DNA of 64,000 nucleotides from Eledone cirrhosa (Eukaryota): NCBI GenBank assembly GCA_964016885.1, contig OZ024745.1, positions 80,848,001 to 80,912,000 of the forward strand, read 5' to 3'. Shown piece by piece: positions 28,318 to 42,419 of this stretch (position 1 is its first letter; each line of letters starts with the position of its first letter). The notes under the pieces were generated by a model. It saw only the letters and a program-made list of their open reading frames with translations, ran no database searches and was not told where the DNA came from. The position numbers and the translations under genes were made by a program.

Positions 28318-28885
28318 ATAATAAGAGGAATCAAATGCTGTGTGCAGGAGAGGTGGTTGCGTTGGTATGGACATGTGATGCGTATGAAGGATGATAGCTG
28401 CATAAAAAGGTGCAGAACACTAGAAGTCGATGGAAACCGCGGAGTGGGGAGACCCAAGATGACCTGGGATGAGGTGATAAAAGCCGACCTTACCCAATTA
28501 CACCTCTCAAAGGCGATGACACACAACCGTGACCTCTGGCGTCACGCAGTAATACAGAGTACCCAACCTCCCATGGGTACAAGCTGAAGCATATAGACAA
28601 TATGCCCCCACACCCCCCACTGCAAGGTGGTCGTGGAGGTGCCACAGCAAAAAAGCACCCAGCCCACACTGTAAAGTGGACGTGTAGGTGCCACAAAAAA
28701 ACACCCAGCACTCACTGTAAATGAGGTTGGTGTTAGGAAGGGCATCCAGCAGTAGAAATCAAGCCAAATCAGTTCCTGTATGAGCAAGGCATGGTCAGCC
28801 GACCAGACACTGCCCACAACAGGACAACCTGTCTAACCCATGCTAGTATGGAAGAACGGAGTAAAACGGTGATGATGATGATGAA
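28318..28885 (+). mobile_element. 3' fragment of RTE family A
   Basis: Closely matches the reverse complement of 771-1335. Confidence 0.92.
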
Positions 28886-30379
28886 TATGTATCATTTGAT
28901 ATTTAGTATACTATTATATCATCTCTACCTGCAATATCTAATTAAATTTTGAAAATAAACTTTCTGAGTATTGAGTAAATTGAAATCCTTAGAAAATGTA
29001 GAAATCCCAAACACAGAAAATAACTATAATGACAGTTGTTTGCTACAAATAATAGCTTAGAAATTTGAGTACATATACCGTTCACTCTCACACTGATTGA
29101 TCGACAAGATCTCAAACCTCATTTGCTTGCCAAGTGGGATGGACCTTGTCAAATCAGACCAAGGAAACAACGTTTCCATTGGGCTTTCCGTTGTTGATAC
29201 TATCTACCGGTCACAACTCCTCGGAGAAGGAGCAATGTGAAATAAAGTGTCTTGCTCAACACCTCACCCGGTCTGAGAACTTAACTCACAACCTCATGAT
29301 TTCGAATTCAACTCTCTAACTACTAAGCCACACGCCTATACATATATGTCTAAAGATGGAAAAAGTAGCCAGCAGCTATTATGAAGAATTGAAATCTATA
29401 TCTCTCAAATTCCGGCTGAGGATTGTTTTATTCAATTTTGTAAACTATTATTCATAACAATCAACTGTTGTTATAGTTATTTTCTGTGTTTGGGATTTTT
29501 ATATTTTCTATGAAACTAATTCAATGTTTTTTTCTTGCTGAGTTCAGATTCTGTTGGATCTAACTTTGCTTTTTCCACCTTTACCTTAATGTATCGGATA
29601 GTTATTTAAATTATGTAATTATGTTTTACCATTTCAGTTTCCAAGGCATTAACCCTTTGGCATTTAAACTGGCCATATCCGGCCAGAATTCTCTCACCTC
29701 TTTCTGTTCAAACTGGCTGTAACTGGCCACTTATACTGATGTTAAGGTATTATTCTCAACATAAATAATAGCAAAATCTCACAGATTCAATATTATGTGA
29801 AAAAATTATGTAAGATAAAGCCTTCATCATGAAAATATAATAGTATATATAAAGTAATATAAATGCTAAAGGTTTAAGTGACTGAGAGTATAACTGGACT
29901 GGACACTAGTTTGTCTCAGGGTTAAACCCCCAGCTACTGCCAGTACTCATTGTCAACTGGATATATTGGAGCAATGTGAAATGAAGTGTTTTGCTCAAGA
30001 ACACAACATACAACCCTGCCCAGGAATTGAACCCATAACATTACAATCATAATTCCCTGCAACTTCACACTGCAATGTCTCCTTCCCAAACTAACTGTAT
30101 ATTACCTCCCCCTTGGCCCATCAAGTTTGACTACATCTCTTCTTATTTTACATCCATGTCAAACTGTGTGCTAAACACTGTGTCGAGTGGTTCTTTGTCT
30201 CACAGTAATAATATATCTACCAGAGAGAAGCTCCCAGATCAGTAGAGTTTTCTCTGATAAAAATTAAGGAAACCAAAATAAACAACTAGTTCCTTGGATT
30301 CTTGTGGGGAAAAAATAATAACTTTAACTCAATCTAGTAACATACTCTATATTTTTTTCTAACCAAATTAACTATCACC

Positions 30380-30715
30380 AATACAGACCACCAGCATCAC
30401 CACCATATTCATCAACAACAACAACCATAACAACATCGATAACAACAACAGTAACAATGTCAACAACATCAACAACAACAATATCAACAACAATAACATC
30501 AACATCAACAACATCAACAGCAACAACATCAACATCAACAACATTAGTAACAACATCAACAACACCAGCAGCAATAACAATAACATCAACATCAACAGCA
30601 ACAATAACAGCAGTAACAACAACAACACTAGTAGCAATAACAATACCAACAACACTAACAACATCAACATCAACAACAACACCAGTAACAATAACAATAA
30701 CATCAACAACAACAT
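30380..30715. repeat. Degenerate (CAA/CAT)n trinucleotide repeat, intronic
   Basis: Simple repeat. Confidence 0.9.
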
Positions 30716-30741
30716 CTTCGAATTCCAGTAATTATACTTAC

Positions 30742-30808
30742 AACATATACTCAATACACAGCAGAACACTAAAAGTCCAAAGAAGACAGCTCCCTTTTGG
30801 TTAAACAT
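30742..30808 (-). CDS. Secreted Cys-rich protein, coding exon 1 (signal peptide)
   Basis: Acceptor TTGTTCACAG at 30843; GCCATG; MFNQKGAVFFGLLVFCCVLSIC then phase-1 GTAAGT. Confidence 0.85.
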
Positions 30809-30939
30809 GGCTTTTAGATGATAAAAATATATTTTAGATTACCTGTGAACAAATAAAATATAAAGACTTTATGAAATCATATGAAAATGAGAAAACTCAT
30901 TGCTAGAGCAGTTGTTAAAACAGCTAAATGCTGTCAAAG

Positions 30940-32045
30940 ACAGCGATGGGCAATAATGCCTCAGAGGACAGAGACCAGTGGCCAGTGGTTCACAGAGAGA
31001 CAATTCACAAGGTGGGTTGTGGATTGTCTCTCTGTTTCCCCAGCTCATTTCCTTGGGTCAAGCGAAGACCAAGAGGGAGTGTTTAGAGACTGGAATGTCT
31101 TCAAGTGCTAACAGCCCTCAGCCAATCAGGCAGTATGATAGGTGGAAACTCCACCTTACTGTTCTATAAAAGGTTAGTGGAGGGTAAGAGCGATGATGTC
31201 CTTGGGGAGACTCTGGGTGTTGATGAAAATCAACTAGCCATTCTTTTCAAGAGGACTTTCGGTCCAGGGCCCATGGACAACTTCCAGAAATCCCTGGCCT
31301 GGCAGTGATACTGAGGAGCTTTGCCAGTTTGAGATAAACTTTACAGGCATGGAAGTGCCGTCAGTCAGGTCTGTCCAAGATGCATGCAGGGCAATGAAAT
31401 CATCCTGCATGCAATCATCGAGTGTCCGAGTATTGCCAACCTGTGGGTTTATGTCAGGCACCTGCTGTCAAGTGTAGAACGGATCCGACTATCAACTGAG
31501 TCCATTGTGAAGATAATTCCGACATCTTCCTTTAGAGAGGAACGACAAGCAGTTTTTATCTGCCTGGTGGCCATGGCAAAAGAGGTTGTGTGGTGAATGC
31601 ATTTGAAAGGGTTGAAGACAGACATTTTCCTCTACGGTGACACCCTGATTAACTTTTTCAGGTTTCACTTGAAGAGGAAAATCAGGGTGGAGAGGGAAGT
31701 ATTGCCTTCCAACCAGTTTGTTGAAAGGTGGGTGAGAGTGGCGAGTATGAGCCGTGTGAATTGGCCTGCCTTGAGCATACGCCTGTAGATTGGAGGAGAA
31801 AAACTGGGAGAGAAAAAACACTTTGTCCTAGCGAACAGGGTGATCGTCGCTTTTGTGGGATTTCTACAGGAGTGACCCCTAGAGTCTCCTCAACTTTGGG
31901 GAAGTTATGTTTGTTCTTAAATGTTTATTTTGTTAATCTCTGTTATAAATTCTGTTTTACACAAAAATCCCCACACATCGTCCTGTACTGTCTTTAATGT
32001 TTCCTTAATGTGAGCCCTGTGTGGCTAATAAAGAACTTATTATTA
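30940..32045 (+). mobile_element. Decayed 3' end of an L1/Tx1-like LINE
   Basis: LAW..ALPV..CPRC-x7-H-x4-C knuckle with stops; AATAAA near the end. Confidence 0.7.
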
Positions 32046-33729
32046 TTAAGGGTGGTGAATTGGCAGTATCAGTAGAGGGTCGGACGCCATGCTTTCTAGC
32101 ATAGTTACGTCTCTTTAAGGTCTGAGTTCAAATCCCGCCGAGGTTAACTTTGCCTTTCATCCTCACGGGGTAGATAAAATAAAGTACCAGTAATGCACTG
32201 AGTAATTGCTGGCCTTGTGCCTAAAGTAGAAACAATTATTATTATTATTATTATCATTCGTGCCTTGGCAATATCTGTAGGGCATTGGACAACATGCTAT
32301 GTGGCATATGGTTACATCCCTTTACGTTCTGAGCTCAAATCCCGCCGAGGTTAGATTTGCCTTTCATCTCTACAGGTTTGATAAAATAAAGTACCAGTAA
32401 TGCACTGGAGTTGATTTAATTAACTTCTCCTCCTACCCCCAAAAAATTGTTGGCCATGTGCCTAAATCAGAAACCATTATTATTATTCATGCTTTTGTGT
32501 CCAATCAAAGAAATAATAATACTAAAAATAATTGTTTCTACTTTTGGCACAGCAATTACCCAGTGCATTACTGGTACTTTATTTTATCGACCCTGTAAGG
32601 ATGAAAGGCAAAGTTAACCTCGACGGGATTTGAACTCAGACCGTAAAGGGACATAACTCTGCTGGAAAGCATGGCGTCCGACCTTCTACCGATACTGCCA
32701 AATAATACTAAAATTAATAGTCATCCAATAGATTAAGTGTATGCTATTATATAAGAAATATTAAAGTAGTTATGATGATGGAAGAGGCGGAGGAGGAGTG
32801 CATGCAAAAGAAGAAATATATTGCTTAAGATGATGATGACAATGACATTGAAAACAATGATAAAAAATGGTTATTTAACAAGAATGAAGGCCAATATGTT
32901 GGTGGTGATGGAGATTGAGATTCTCTCTCTCGCACTCTCTCTCTTTTTCTTGCCCAATCTCTCTCTCTCTCTTTCAATACCAGTTACTTTGTTACGTACC
33001 TTAAATTTCTCCAGAAAACTGTGATGAATATTTCTGCTGTCAGTTATTTTATAGTGTGTAAATGTGTGAGAAGCTTCAGCTGTTTCTACAAATCATTCCA
33101 TTATCTTCTAATCAAATGCTCCCAGTAATACTAAAAATTACTGTTATCAAATATCACTAGTACTACTAAATTAGTATTATCAAATGTTACCAATATTACT
33201 AAATTCCTGTTATCAAATGTGACCCAGCGGCAACCTGATGAAGTCTGTGACTAACACAGGCTCTGCTGCACTTCTGGCCGAGAAGGGTAAACTCTCCAGA
33301 TATTGGTTGCTCTCCAGCAGGCTTGCGGTCGAGCCCAAAGCAGGGGAGACTTATGGTGTCCTTCGCCCTAAGGCCATCTCCCTACTCACCACCATTGGCA
33401 CAGAGTTGGCTACCCACAGGTGTGATCCTCACGAGCTGGAATAGCTCTTCCAGCGCGTTTCCCTTACCATCCTCTGGGGAAATGCCTTCTCTTTTCTGTC
33501 CGCCAGGGCTGCGGGGCAGTCAGCGCATGGGTCCCCATTTGCTCATAATAGTGAGAGATGAAGAGAGCGAGAGAGACGGAGGCAGTGACAGTAGGAGTTT
33601 GGTTCCTTTGAGTTCAGACCTGGTGTATATGTATATGTTTCATAGACACACTCTTACATTGAGGCAGTGTAGCGGTTGTATAAATAATATTACAAGTCAC
33701 TAAATTATTGTTATCAAATGTGACCAATA

Positions 33730-33927
33730 CAAGGGTCAGCTGAAAAGTTTATAGTCTGGCCAAAACACTCTAATGGAATGACCAAATGAGGTTTACTTTT
33801 CAACATAGTCCCTAGAAAGAACCAATGGAGTTATTAATAAGGAGAGTTGAAATTAATGCATGCAAGATTTCACACCTCTAGCATCACCCCTTCATAGTCA
33901 GCTTATGAACTTTTCAGTTGATCCTTA
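33730..33927. mobile_element. Tc1/mariner-type MITE
   Basis: TA|CAAGGGTCAGCTGAAAAGTT...AACTTTTCAGTTGATCCTTA|TA. Confidence 0.8.
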
Positions 33928-34055
33928 TATTACTAAATCCTTGTTATCAAATGTTACTAGTATTACTAAATTACTGTTATCAAATATATCACAGACATAC
34001 CAATAATAGTTTCTATTCTATTAAGATTAATTGAAATTCTATTTTATTTTTTATG

Positions 34056-34760
34056 TACGAAGTATACTCAAGAAGTTTTGAGACTTTTTCTTCTCAGACA
34101 CTTTTAATTGACCTATATAACTATCACTCTTAGTACATCCTTGATATGGTTATAATAAGTTAACATGACAAATTTTTTTTTCCAGGTTGAAGTTTCGGCC
34201 CACTACAGCTCTTTAAACACTACCTGTCATACATGTCTTGTCACAGCTGACTGGTTCCACAATGCAGTCAGGATGTGAGGACAACTTTGAGGCTTGGTAT
34301 GCAATAAAGTTTTGTGTCAAGCTCAGCAAAAATGCTGCAGAAACCTATAAAATGGTCAAAACTGCTTATGGACTAACTTTTATGAGCTGGGTGATTGTTT
34401 TCTGCTAGCACAAGAGGTTCCAAGAGGATATGGGACAGGAGAGGGATGATGAGAAGTGTGACAAGGAAAGGGACATCAGGATGCCAAAGCTGGTTGACAA
34501 AATTCACAAATTTCTGGACGAGAACCGTCATGTATCTCTTTTGACGATTGCTGAACATACACAAATTTTATTCCCAGGGTGCTCAATGAAGATCAAAGGC
34601 AGAGGTTCATTGATGATAGCAGAGAGATGGTTGAGTGGATTGATTCAAATCCATGTGTCCTTGTGAAACTTGTGATGAGAGCTGTGTCTATTGTTATGAT
34701 CCAGAGACCAAGAGACAGAGTGCCCACTGGAAACATTCTGACTCCCCAACACCCAAAAAG
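34056..34760 (+). mobile_element. Decayed mariner transposon, 5' part
   Basis: YAIKFCVKLSKNAAETYKMVKTAYG and CVYCYDPETKRQS; frameshifted. Confidence 0.8.
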
Positions 34761-34872
34761 GCCTCTGCATTCTGAGTTCAAATCCCACTGAGGTCAGCTT
34801 TACCTTTCATCTTTTTGTGGGTGATAAAAAAAGTACCAGTCTAGTACTGGAGTCGATTTTTCCTCTATATCA

Positions 34873-34908
<36 letters not shown>

Positions 34909-35035
34909 CCCCCTTTCTCTCCCTCTCTCTCTCTCTCTGTGCCAGGTTTTTAAAATGCTCCAGAACTGCTGTATGTCACTATGGTGCCCCTATGACTCCA
35001 TCAGGAGTTATAGGTACGTACATACATACATACAT

Positions 35036-35507
35036 GATGGCTGCAAACTCTGCTAAGAGCATCGTAATCGCTTGTAACAGATCCTGAACAAGCAATGCCT
35101 GTGCTTTGAAGGTTTTTTAAGTGAGGAAAGGCCTTGTACTTGACCAATCCCACTTTCTGAGTATCGAAAACACTACCCGAAAAGGAGAACTTGTCAATAT
35201 CATCGGATGCTTCCGAAGCCGCAGGTTTTTTTTTTCAGAGGTTCCCTCTCTTAGAAAGGTGTTGTGACAACAACTGGGGGTCTTTCACTCTCAGGTGGAA
35301 AAAAAGGTACTATTTGGATGGCTGTTGACTTTGCTGAGTTCCTCCGCCCTTTGCCGAGTCTTGTATTTCATCCCACAGGGTGTCCAAATATCACCCTCCT
35401 TACCAAGCAAGCTTGGTTGGGTTGCCGGTTTAGTTGCCGATGACCTGACCATGAGACAGGTTGTACTAGGTTACATGTTACCAGTAGCACTCGAGAGCAA
35501 CCTGACA
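35036..35507 (-). mobile_element. Probable non-autonomous RTE derivative in (TATG)n
   Basis: 3' end GCAGCCATCAT(GTAT)n shared with the RTE ending at ~59145; non-coding. Confidence 0.5.
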
Positions 35508-35724
35508 TAATACATACATACATACATACATACATACATACATGTACATATACAAACACTAATCGACACCCACATCCTGGAGTGACACATTGATTGAGAG
35601 GAAGACCAAGGAGAAACCGGAGTGATGACATCAGAGGACATTGGTGCAAGTGACTATGGTCTCCTACCCTCAATATTGAGGGTGGGAAATGAAAATGAAG
35701 AAGGAGTCAATTTTCTTTATATGA

Positions 35725-36367
35725 CAGGGGTCTCAAACTCAAGGACTCAAAAGGGCTATTATGTCTTGGGGTAGAGGTGGAGTGGGCCAAAATTGAGATG
35801 AGGTGGAATGTGAGGTGTGATTTCCACTAGTTATAATGTTAATCTACAATACATCTGATAGGTTGCTATTTATTTATAAAATAAGCATATGTATGATAAG
35901 TGGGATATGTGAATTATTACAAAATTTAAGGAAACAAATTTTCCATTTCAAATTTTCCTAATTATGTTTTTATTTTTGATAAATTCTGTTCTTTTTCCAT
36001 TTTATTTTATTTAATGGGTAAATTGCAATAAATTGTACTATAAATATTATTAAGTTTTAGGAAATATTACGAAGTTTTGGGGATGGAAATTGTTCTGCTT
36101 TGGGCCATAGAAAAATATTTTGCAGACCCAGACCTGCCAACCTCTAAAAATCCAAACGGGGAGTAACATGAAAAAAAAGTGTCCCAAAACGGGGAGAAAT
36201 GTGGCAAAATGGGGAGGTTTTACATAATGAAAGCTATACCCATTTTCACAAGAGAAGACATCTCTCACCTACCCCCAAAGTGGGTGAGAGATCTCCCCGT
36301 CGGATTGGGAGAACTGACAGGTCTGAAAACCTCATGTGGCCCACTAGCCATGTGTTTTAGACTCCTG
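35725..36367. mobile_element. hAT-type MITE with a nested TIR element (36129-36325)
   Basis: CAGGGGTCTCAAAC..GTTTTAGACTCCTG; TSD TTATATGA/CTATATGA; related copy 46632-47013. Confidence 0.75.
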
Positions 36368-36924
36368 CTATATGATGTGTAGTTGACTTTCAAAAAAAAA
36401 AGAGAGAAATTAAAAATAAATCCAAATTTTAGGTGATCTATAATCTACATTAGTTTCTGGTTGAAATCTTTGAAAAACATGGAATATGATTCATATCTAA
36501 AATAATTGTCAAATACACGAAATTATATGATGATGGTCACCTGCTAAACAGATAAAAATACAAACAAACTTCAAACTAATACTGATAAAATAACGATAAC
36601 ACTGAACTACATATGCCAAAAAAAAATACACCCACACATATACATACATACAAAGAAAGACACAGACCCCCCCCCCATACACACACACATACCATATATA
36701 CAAATACATGCATTCATACATACATGCACACACAGACACACACACACACACACATACACCCACACAGACCCCTCCCCCCACACACACACATACACAAACT
36801 CAGATACATGGAGGGATAAACAGGTGTGAAATGCTATCAAAAAGATATATGATTAAATATATTAAGGTAACGTTTAATAATTATATTTTAGCTGTTAACA
36901 ACAGCAACGAAAATACTATTTTTG

Positions 36925-38125
36925 GAATAGGTACATCATATCTCTGTGTCATAAAAGCAATAGGTACATCATATCTCTGTGTCATAAAGACAATAGGTAC
37001 ATCATATCTGTGTCATAAAACAATGGGTACATCATATCTGTGTCATAAAACAATAGGTACATATATTCTTGTGTCATAAAGACAATAGGTACATATATTC
37101 TTGTGTCATAAAGACAATAGGTACATCATATTCTTGTGTCATAAAGACAATAGGTACATCATATCTATGTGTCATAAAAACAATAGGTACATCATATCTG
37201 TGTCATAAAACAATAGGTACATATATTCTTGTGTCATAAAGACAATAGGTACATCATGTCTCAGTGTCATAAAAACAATAGGTACATCATATCTGTGTCA
37301 TAAAACAATAGGTACATATATTCTTGTGTCATGAAGACAATAGGTACATATATTCTTGTGTCATAAAGACAATAGGTACATCATATCTATGTGTCATAAA
37401 AACAATAGGTACATCATATCTGTGTCATAAAACAATAGGTACATATATTCTTGTGTCATAAAGACAATAGGTACATCATGTCTCTGTATCATAAAAACAA
37501 TAGGTACATCATATCTGTGTCATAAAACAATAGGTACATATATTCTTGTGTCATAAAGACAATAGGTACATCATGTCTCTGTGTCATAAAAACAATAGGT
37601 ACATCATATCTGTGTCATAAAAACAATAGGTACATCATATCTGTGTCAAAAAACAATAGGTACATATATTCTTGTGTCATAAAGACAATAGGTACATCAT
37701 GTCTCTGTATCATAAAAACAATAGGTACATCATATCTGTGTCATAAAACAATAGGTACATATATTCTTGTGTCATAAAGACAATAGGTACATATATTCTT
37801 GTGTCAAAGACAATAGGTACATCATATTCTTGAGTCATAAAGACAATAGGTACATCATATTCTTGTGTCATAAAGACAATAGGTACATATATTCTTGTGT
37901 CATAAAGACAATAGGTACATATATTATTGTGTCATAAAGACAATAGGTACATATATTATTGTGTCTTAAAGACAATAGGTACATCATATACTTGTGTCAT
38001 AAAGACAATAGGTACATCATATACTTGTGTCATAAAGACAATAGCTACATATATTCTTGTGTCATAAGGACAATAGGTACATCATATTCTTGAGTCAGAA
38101 AGATAATAGGTACATCATATCTGTG
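36925..38125. repeat. 30-33-bp minisatellite (CAATAGGTACATCATATCTGTGTCATAAAA variants)
   Basis: Direct tandem repeat with alternating variants. Confidence 0.95.
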
Positions 38126-39769
38126 TGTTGAAAAGATTACTAAAAGGGTTGATATCAGAAAGGGGTATCTGGCCTTAACACCCTACCTCAAAAAATTCTA
38201 TCCGACCCATACCAGCATGGAAAAGTGGAAGTAAAAATAATGATGATGGTGATGAAGGATTTCTAACTTTGACACATTGGTGCAAATTTTTTGTGTGTGT
38301 GTTAGTGTGTGTCTCTGTGTGTGTGTGTGTGTAGTGTGCCTGTCTGTGTATGTGCCATGTGTCTCTGTATATATATATATGTATGTGTCAGACCTCTATC
38401 AGCTCTAACAGTGAGTGTTTCAGTCATTCAAACAATGGAACAGCCTGCTCATGAAATGAAATGGAAGTGCAGGTGTCAGAGCATTCTACAGACACATGTG
38501 CTCTTAACATAATCCTCAGGAAGATTCAGCTTGATACAGTGTGAGATAAGGCTGGCCCTTTGAATTACCTGTGCAGTCCATCTTGTATTATAGAGTAAGT
38601 GGCTAAGTATCCCACAGACATTTGTACACTTAATCTAGTTCTCAGGGAGATTCAGCATGACACAGTGTGGGACAAAGCGGGCTCTTTAAATTACAGGTAC
38701 AACTCATTTTTGCCAGCTGAATGGAGTGGAGCAACATGAAATAAAATGTCTTGCTCAAGGATACAAAGTGCTGCCAGGAATCAAATTTACAACCTTATTA
38801 TTGTTAGCTAAACACCCTAACCACTAAACCACACACCTTCACTAACTATAAAGCAGACGGTCCATTTCCATTACGTTGATTGCCAAAGACAAACAAAAGC
38901 AAGTGAACACCTGGCATGAAATTAATCAATATATTATTTGAGCCGTATATTAATCACTCATAAAATACTTAATCATAAACGTATTTACTACTAAACTTAT
39001 ATAGGCCAAATTATAAAATTTCCTGCAACACAACCAATATCATCAGCAGTACTTTTGGCTTTCTGTCATACTATTTTGATATCTTTAGATTTTTTTAAAT
39101 TCCACAAAAGAGTTTTATATTTGCAGTTAACTACATACCGTTTATGGTTTATTCCATTGACACATTTAATTATAATAATTATATACACAAATTTATATGA
39201 AAAAAGAAAAAGGAGGAAACATTTTTTTAATTTAAAAAATGTTTGAAGTGAGAGAAAACTTGTACACTGAATCACACAGCACAACAAGGAGTACTGGAGT
39301 TTACACATTAATAATTTTCAAGGAAATCTAACACACTCAAAGTGTTGCTGTTATTCTTGAATCTGGATACATTTTAAAGCTAATATTTGATGAACTCAGG
39401 AACCAAGCTGGCACTTTACAGTTACATATATGGATTCAATAGATTAGGTATATATATATTTTCTTTATTTATTTAGTTATTATATAATGTGTTCAGTTAG
39501 AATTAAATACCATGTTCAGTAAAACTATAATTGGGAAGTTCTCTAGATATCTATTAATGATCTTTAGAGTCACCACTTAGACTAATGACTATATTAAGCT
39601 AAGTATTCAATATTTGGGAAAATAGAGTGTGTGTATAGTCAAATGTTAGTGCCTGACGGCTCAGCTCATAGCATTTCAATGTTATCCACTTCACCATTGA
39701 AACAGCATGAGTTCAGCCATCTAGCACTAACTTTTAACTACATATATATATATATATATATATATAAAT

Positions 39770-40035
39770 AATCATCATCACCATCATCATTTTATGTCCA
39801 CTTTTCCCTGCTTTGCTTGCAAGGGTGGGATAGGTCCTCTTCACCACAGCATCATGCCATTTGTCAGGGTCCTTTGTCATCTCCTCTGTTAACTTCAGTG
39901 ATCTGAGGTCAGCTCTCACCACCTCTACCCATGTTTTCCGTGGTCTTCCTCTACTGCATCTTCCTTCTTCTGGGATTACTTGGCACTTATTCACCCAGCA
40001 GTCATCATCCATATGCATCACATGGCCATACCATA
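39770..40035 (-). mobile_element. 3' fragment of RTE family B
   Basis: [14 protein letters not shown]; tail as at 14160. Confidence 0.85.
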
Positions 40036-40199
40036 TAAATATCAACATATTATTATTGACAGACATGAGAATGAATTCTCAATATTGATATTGAGTTTAA
40101 ATATTCATTTATTATAACATGTATGTATGTCTTAACCTCTTCCAATGTGAGAGGATAATCAAGCTAATTAATGATGGGAGCCTGCTCCATGGCATCAAT

Positions 40200-41020
40200 C
40201 ATGTCATGTCAGGATTGATGAGAGATGCATGGTTAAGGAGATTGTTAGAGTGTTCATACCATCGTGTCCTGATTTTATCAGGCCTATGAAACACTTCATT
40301 TCCATTCTTTGATCGCACTGGGTGATCCATATAATGTGTGCAGTTCGTGATATAATGATTTAGCATTTTGTCTTTCAGCCAAGGCTTGTATGTGATACAC
40401 TTTATTGTGCCACCATGAATATTTTGCTGCTCAGAATTCATGCTGCACTCACACTTTACATTATTTAAAGCCTTCTCTAGTTGGGATTTTTCTGTACCTT
40501 CCTTTGAACATGACAAGAACTTGAACTTGTCCTGGCATGTTTTCTTTTCCCTAAGAAAGCTTTCCAATAGTGATTTATTTTCAGTAAAAAAAAAAAAAGA
40601 ATATTGTATGAAGAACTGTTGCAAGGCAAACGCCTGCAGTGTAAACCACACAATTGGTTTAAAGACTGCCTGAAAGATACCCTGAAGAAGGTCAACATCA
40701 ACACCAAAACATGGGAAAATCTTGCAACAGAGAGAGCCCAGTGATGAAATCTGATTGCTACCAGTGTTGAGGATGAGTGTTGAAGATGAGGGCTGATGTT
40801 GAAGTTAAGTGAGCAGCTAAATATAACCCCATTCTGCTCCCAGAATGGGGTTCGAAAGAGTCTCTTACCTGTGAGGGATGTGGCCATATAAGCTGACATC
40901 ATACTCATGGAAATAAAACATTTGAGTACCCCACAAACTTTGATGTTGCAAGTGGCATCTGTACCACAGTGTTTTACTCTGCAAGTGGGCTGACACAGCA
41001 TCACAAAGCATGCTATGTCA
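40200..41020. pseudogene. Decayed RTE fragments on both strands
   Basis: (-) PVRSKNG..RWYEH..LLN; (+) FKDCLKDTLKKVNINTKTWENLA. Confidence 0.6.
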
Positions 41021-41383
41021 ATCAAACTCAAGCAGGCAGGATACTTACCTGCATACTGTGTGGTATGACATGTAAGTCACATCCTTGTTTGATGAGCCAT
41101 TTAAAGATGTATCAACAACAGCAACATCAATAATACATTTTTGCCAATGTCTGTCTTTTTTGTTTTTTTGTTGTTGTTCCAAGAAGTGGCCATACTCAGA
41201 CATGAGTTGGTTTCCACTATGTCTGTATGTATCACCATCAGATTCATCATTGTTGTAAATCCACTTTTTTCTCCATGCTGGAATGCTGGGAAACACCAGA
41301 AAAAGAGGTGACTTGATTAGCCTTATTAAACTATTAATTTTCTCTCCTATGATATTGAGTAATTATTTATGCATTCAACAATA

Positions 41384-41434
<51 letters not shown>

Positions 41435-41752
41435 GTAAAAACCTCCCAGCCCCACACTGTAAATGTGGTTGGTGTTAGGAAGGGCATCCAGCCGTAGAAA
41501 ACCCGCCAGACAGTCCTATGCGAGCAAGACAACCACCCTTGCCTCAAGTGGGAAAACCCCCGTCCAAACCCATGCAAGCGTGGAATATGGACGTTAAACG
41601 ATGATGATGATGATGATGATATATAGTTCTATATGAGCGAGACACAGTCACCCGACCAACCTTGCCTCAAGTGGGACAACTCCCATCTAACCCATACTAG
41701 CGTGGAAGATGGACGTTAAACGAAGATGATGAGATGATGATGATATATATAT

Positions 41753-41783
<31 letters not shown>

Positions 41784-42419
41784 ATCACTTACGATGAAAC
41801 GATCATAAGTGATTAAATGTATTAAACACTCTTTAATTGTCAGTTACATTGTATTTCGGCTCTGTAGTATACTTGTTATTTTACATTGACCTATTTTCAT
41901 ACTTGTAACTGGGTAATATTTATTATTACCCACGTTATATATATATAGTTATATATAACTGCAATTATATATATATAAAGGAAGTTTGTTTGTTTATTGA
42001 CTGCTAATAAAACTAAATAGAATTGGTAATAATTAATTTTTTGTTTGGTTTTTCAACTAACGTGTTCTTCAACATACTTGCAATGCACTTTTTCTCTGAA
42101 AACAGAATAGGGGTAACAAGGTGGGAACCCTCGGATTTTCCCAACTTCAGAGATTTCTTTAGTAGGAATTTTTTCTTTTTTTTATTTAATTTTTTTTTTT
42201 TCATATGGTTTTGACCAATCTGACATCTAACTCATTTGCCATTGACTCCTTTTTCTGAAAACAGAGGCGGAGATGGAGGGGGACCCACGGAGTTACAAAT
42301 TAGCACCGCTCAGCCATCTAAATTTATAGAAAAGTACCCACATACTTGCAATGAACCTTTTTTCAAAAAACTGAATGGGGGAGGGGGGTTATAAAGTATG
42401 TATGCAAATACGTCAATAC

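Noticed and set aside
30457-30804. Mucin-like Thr-rich or poly-Leu ORFs
   Set aside because: Intronic trinucleotide repeat; only 30742-30808 (-) looks exonic.
33218-33694. Solo LTR; CTGATGA at ~33236
   Set aside because: No TSD, ambiguous ends inside a ~30-bp satellite, no GAAA core.
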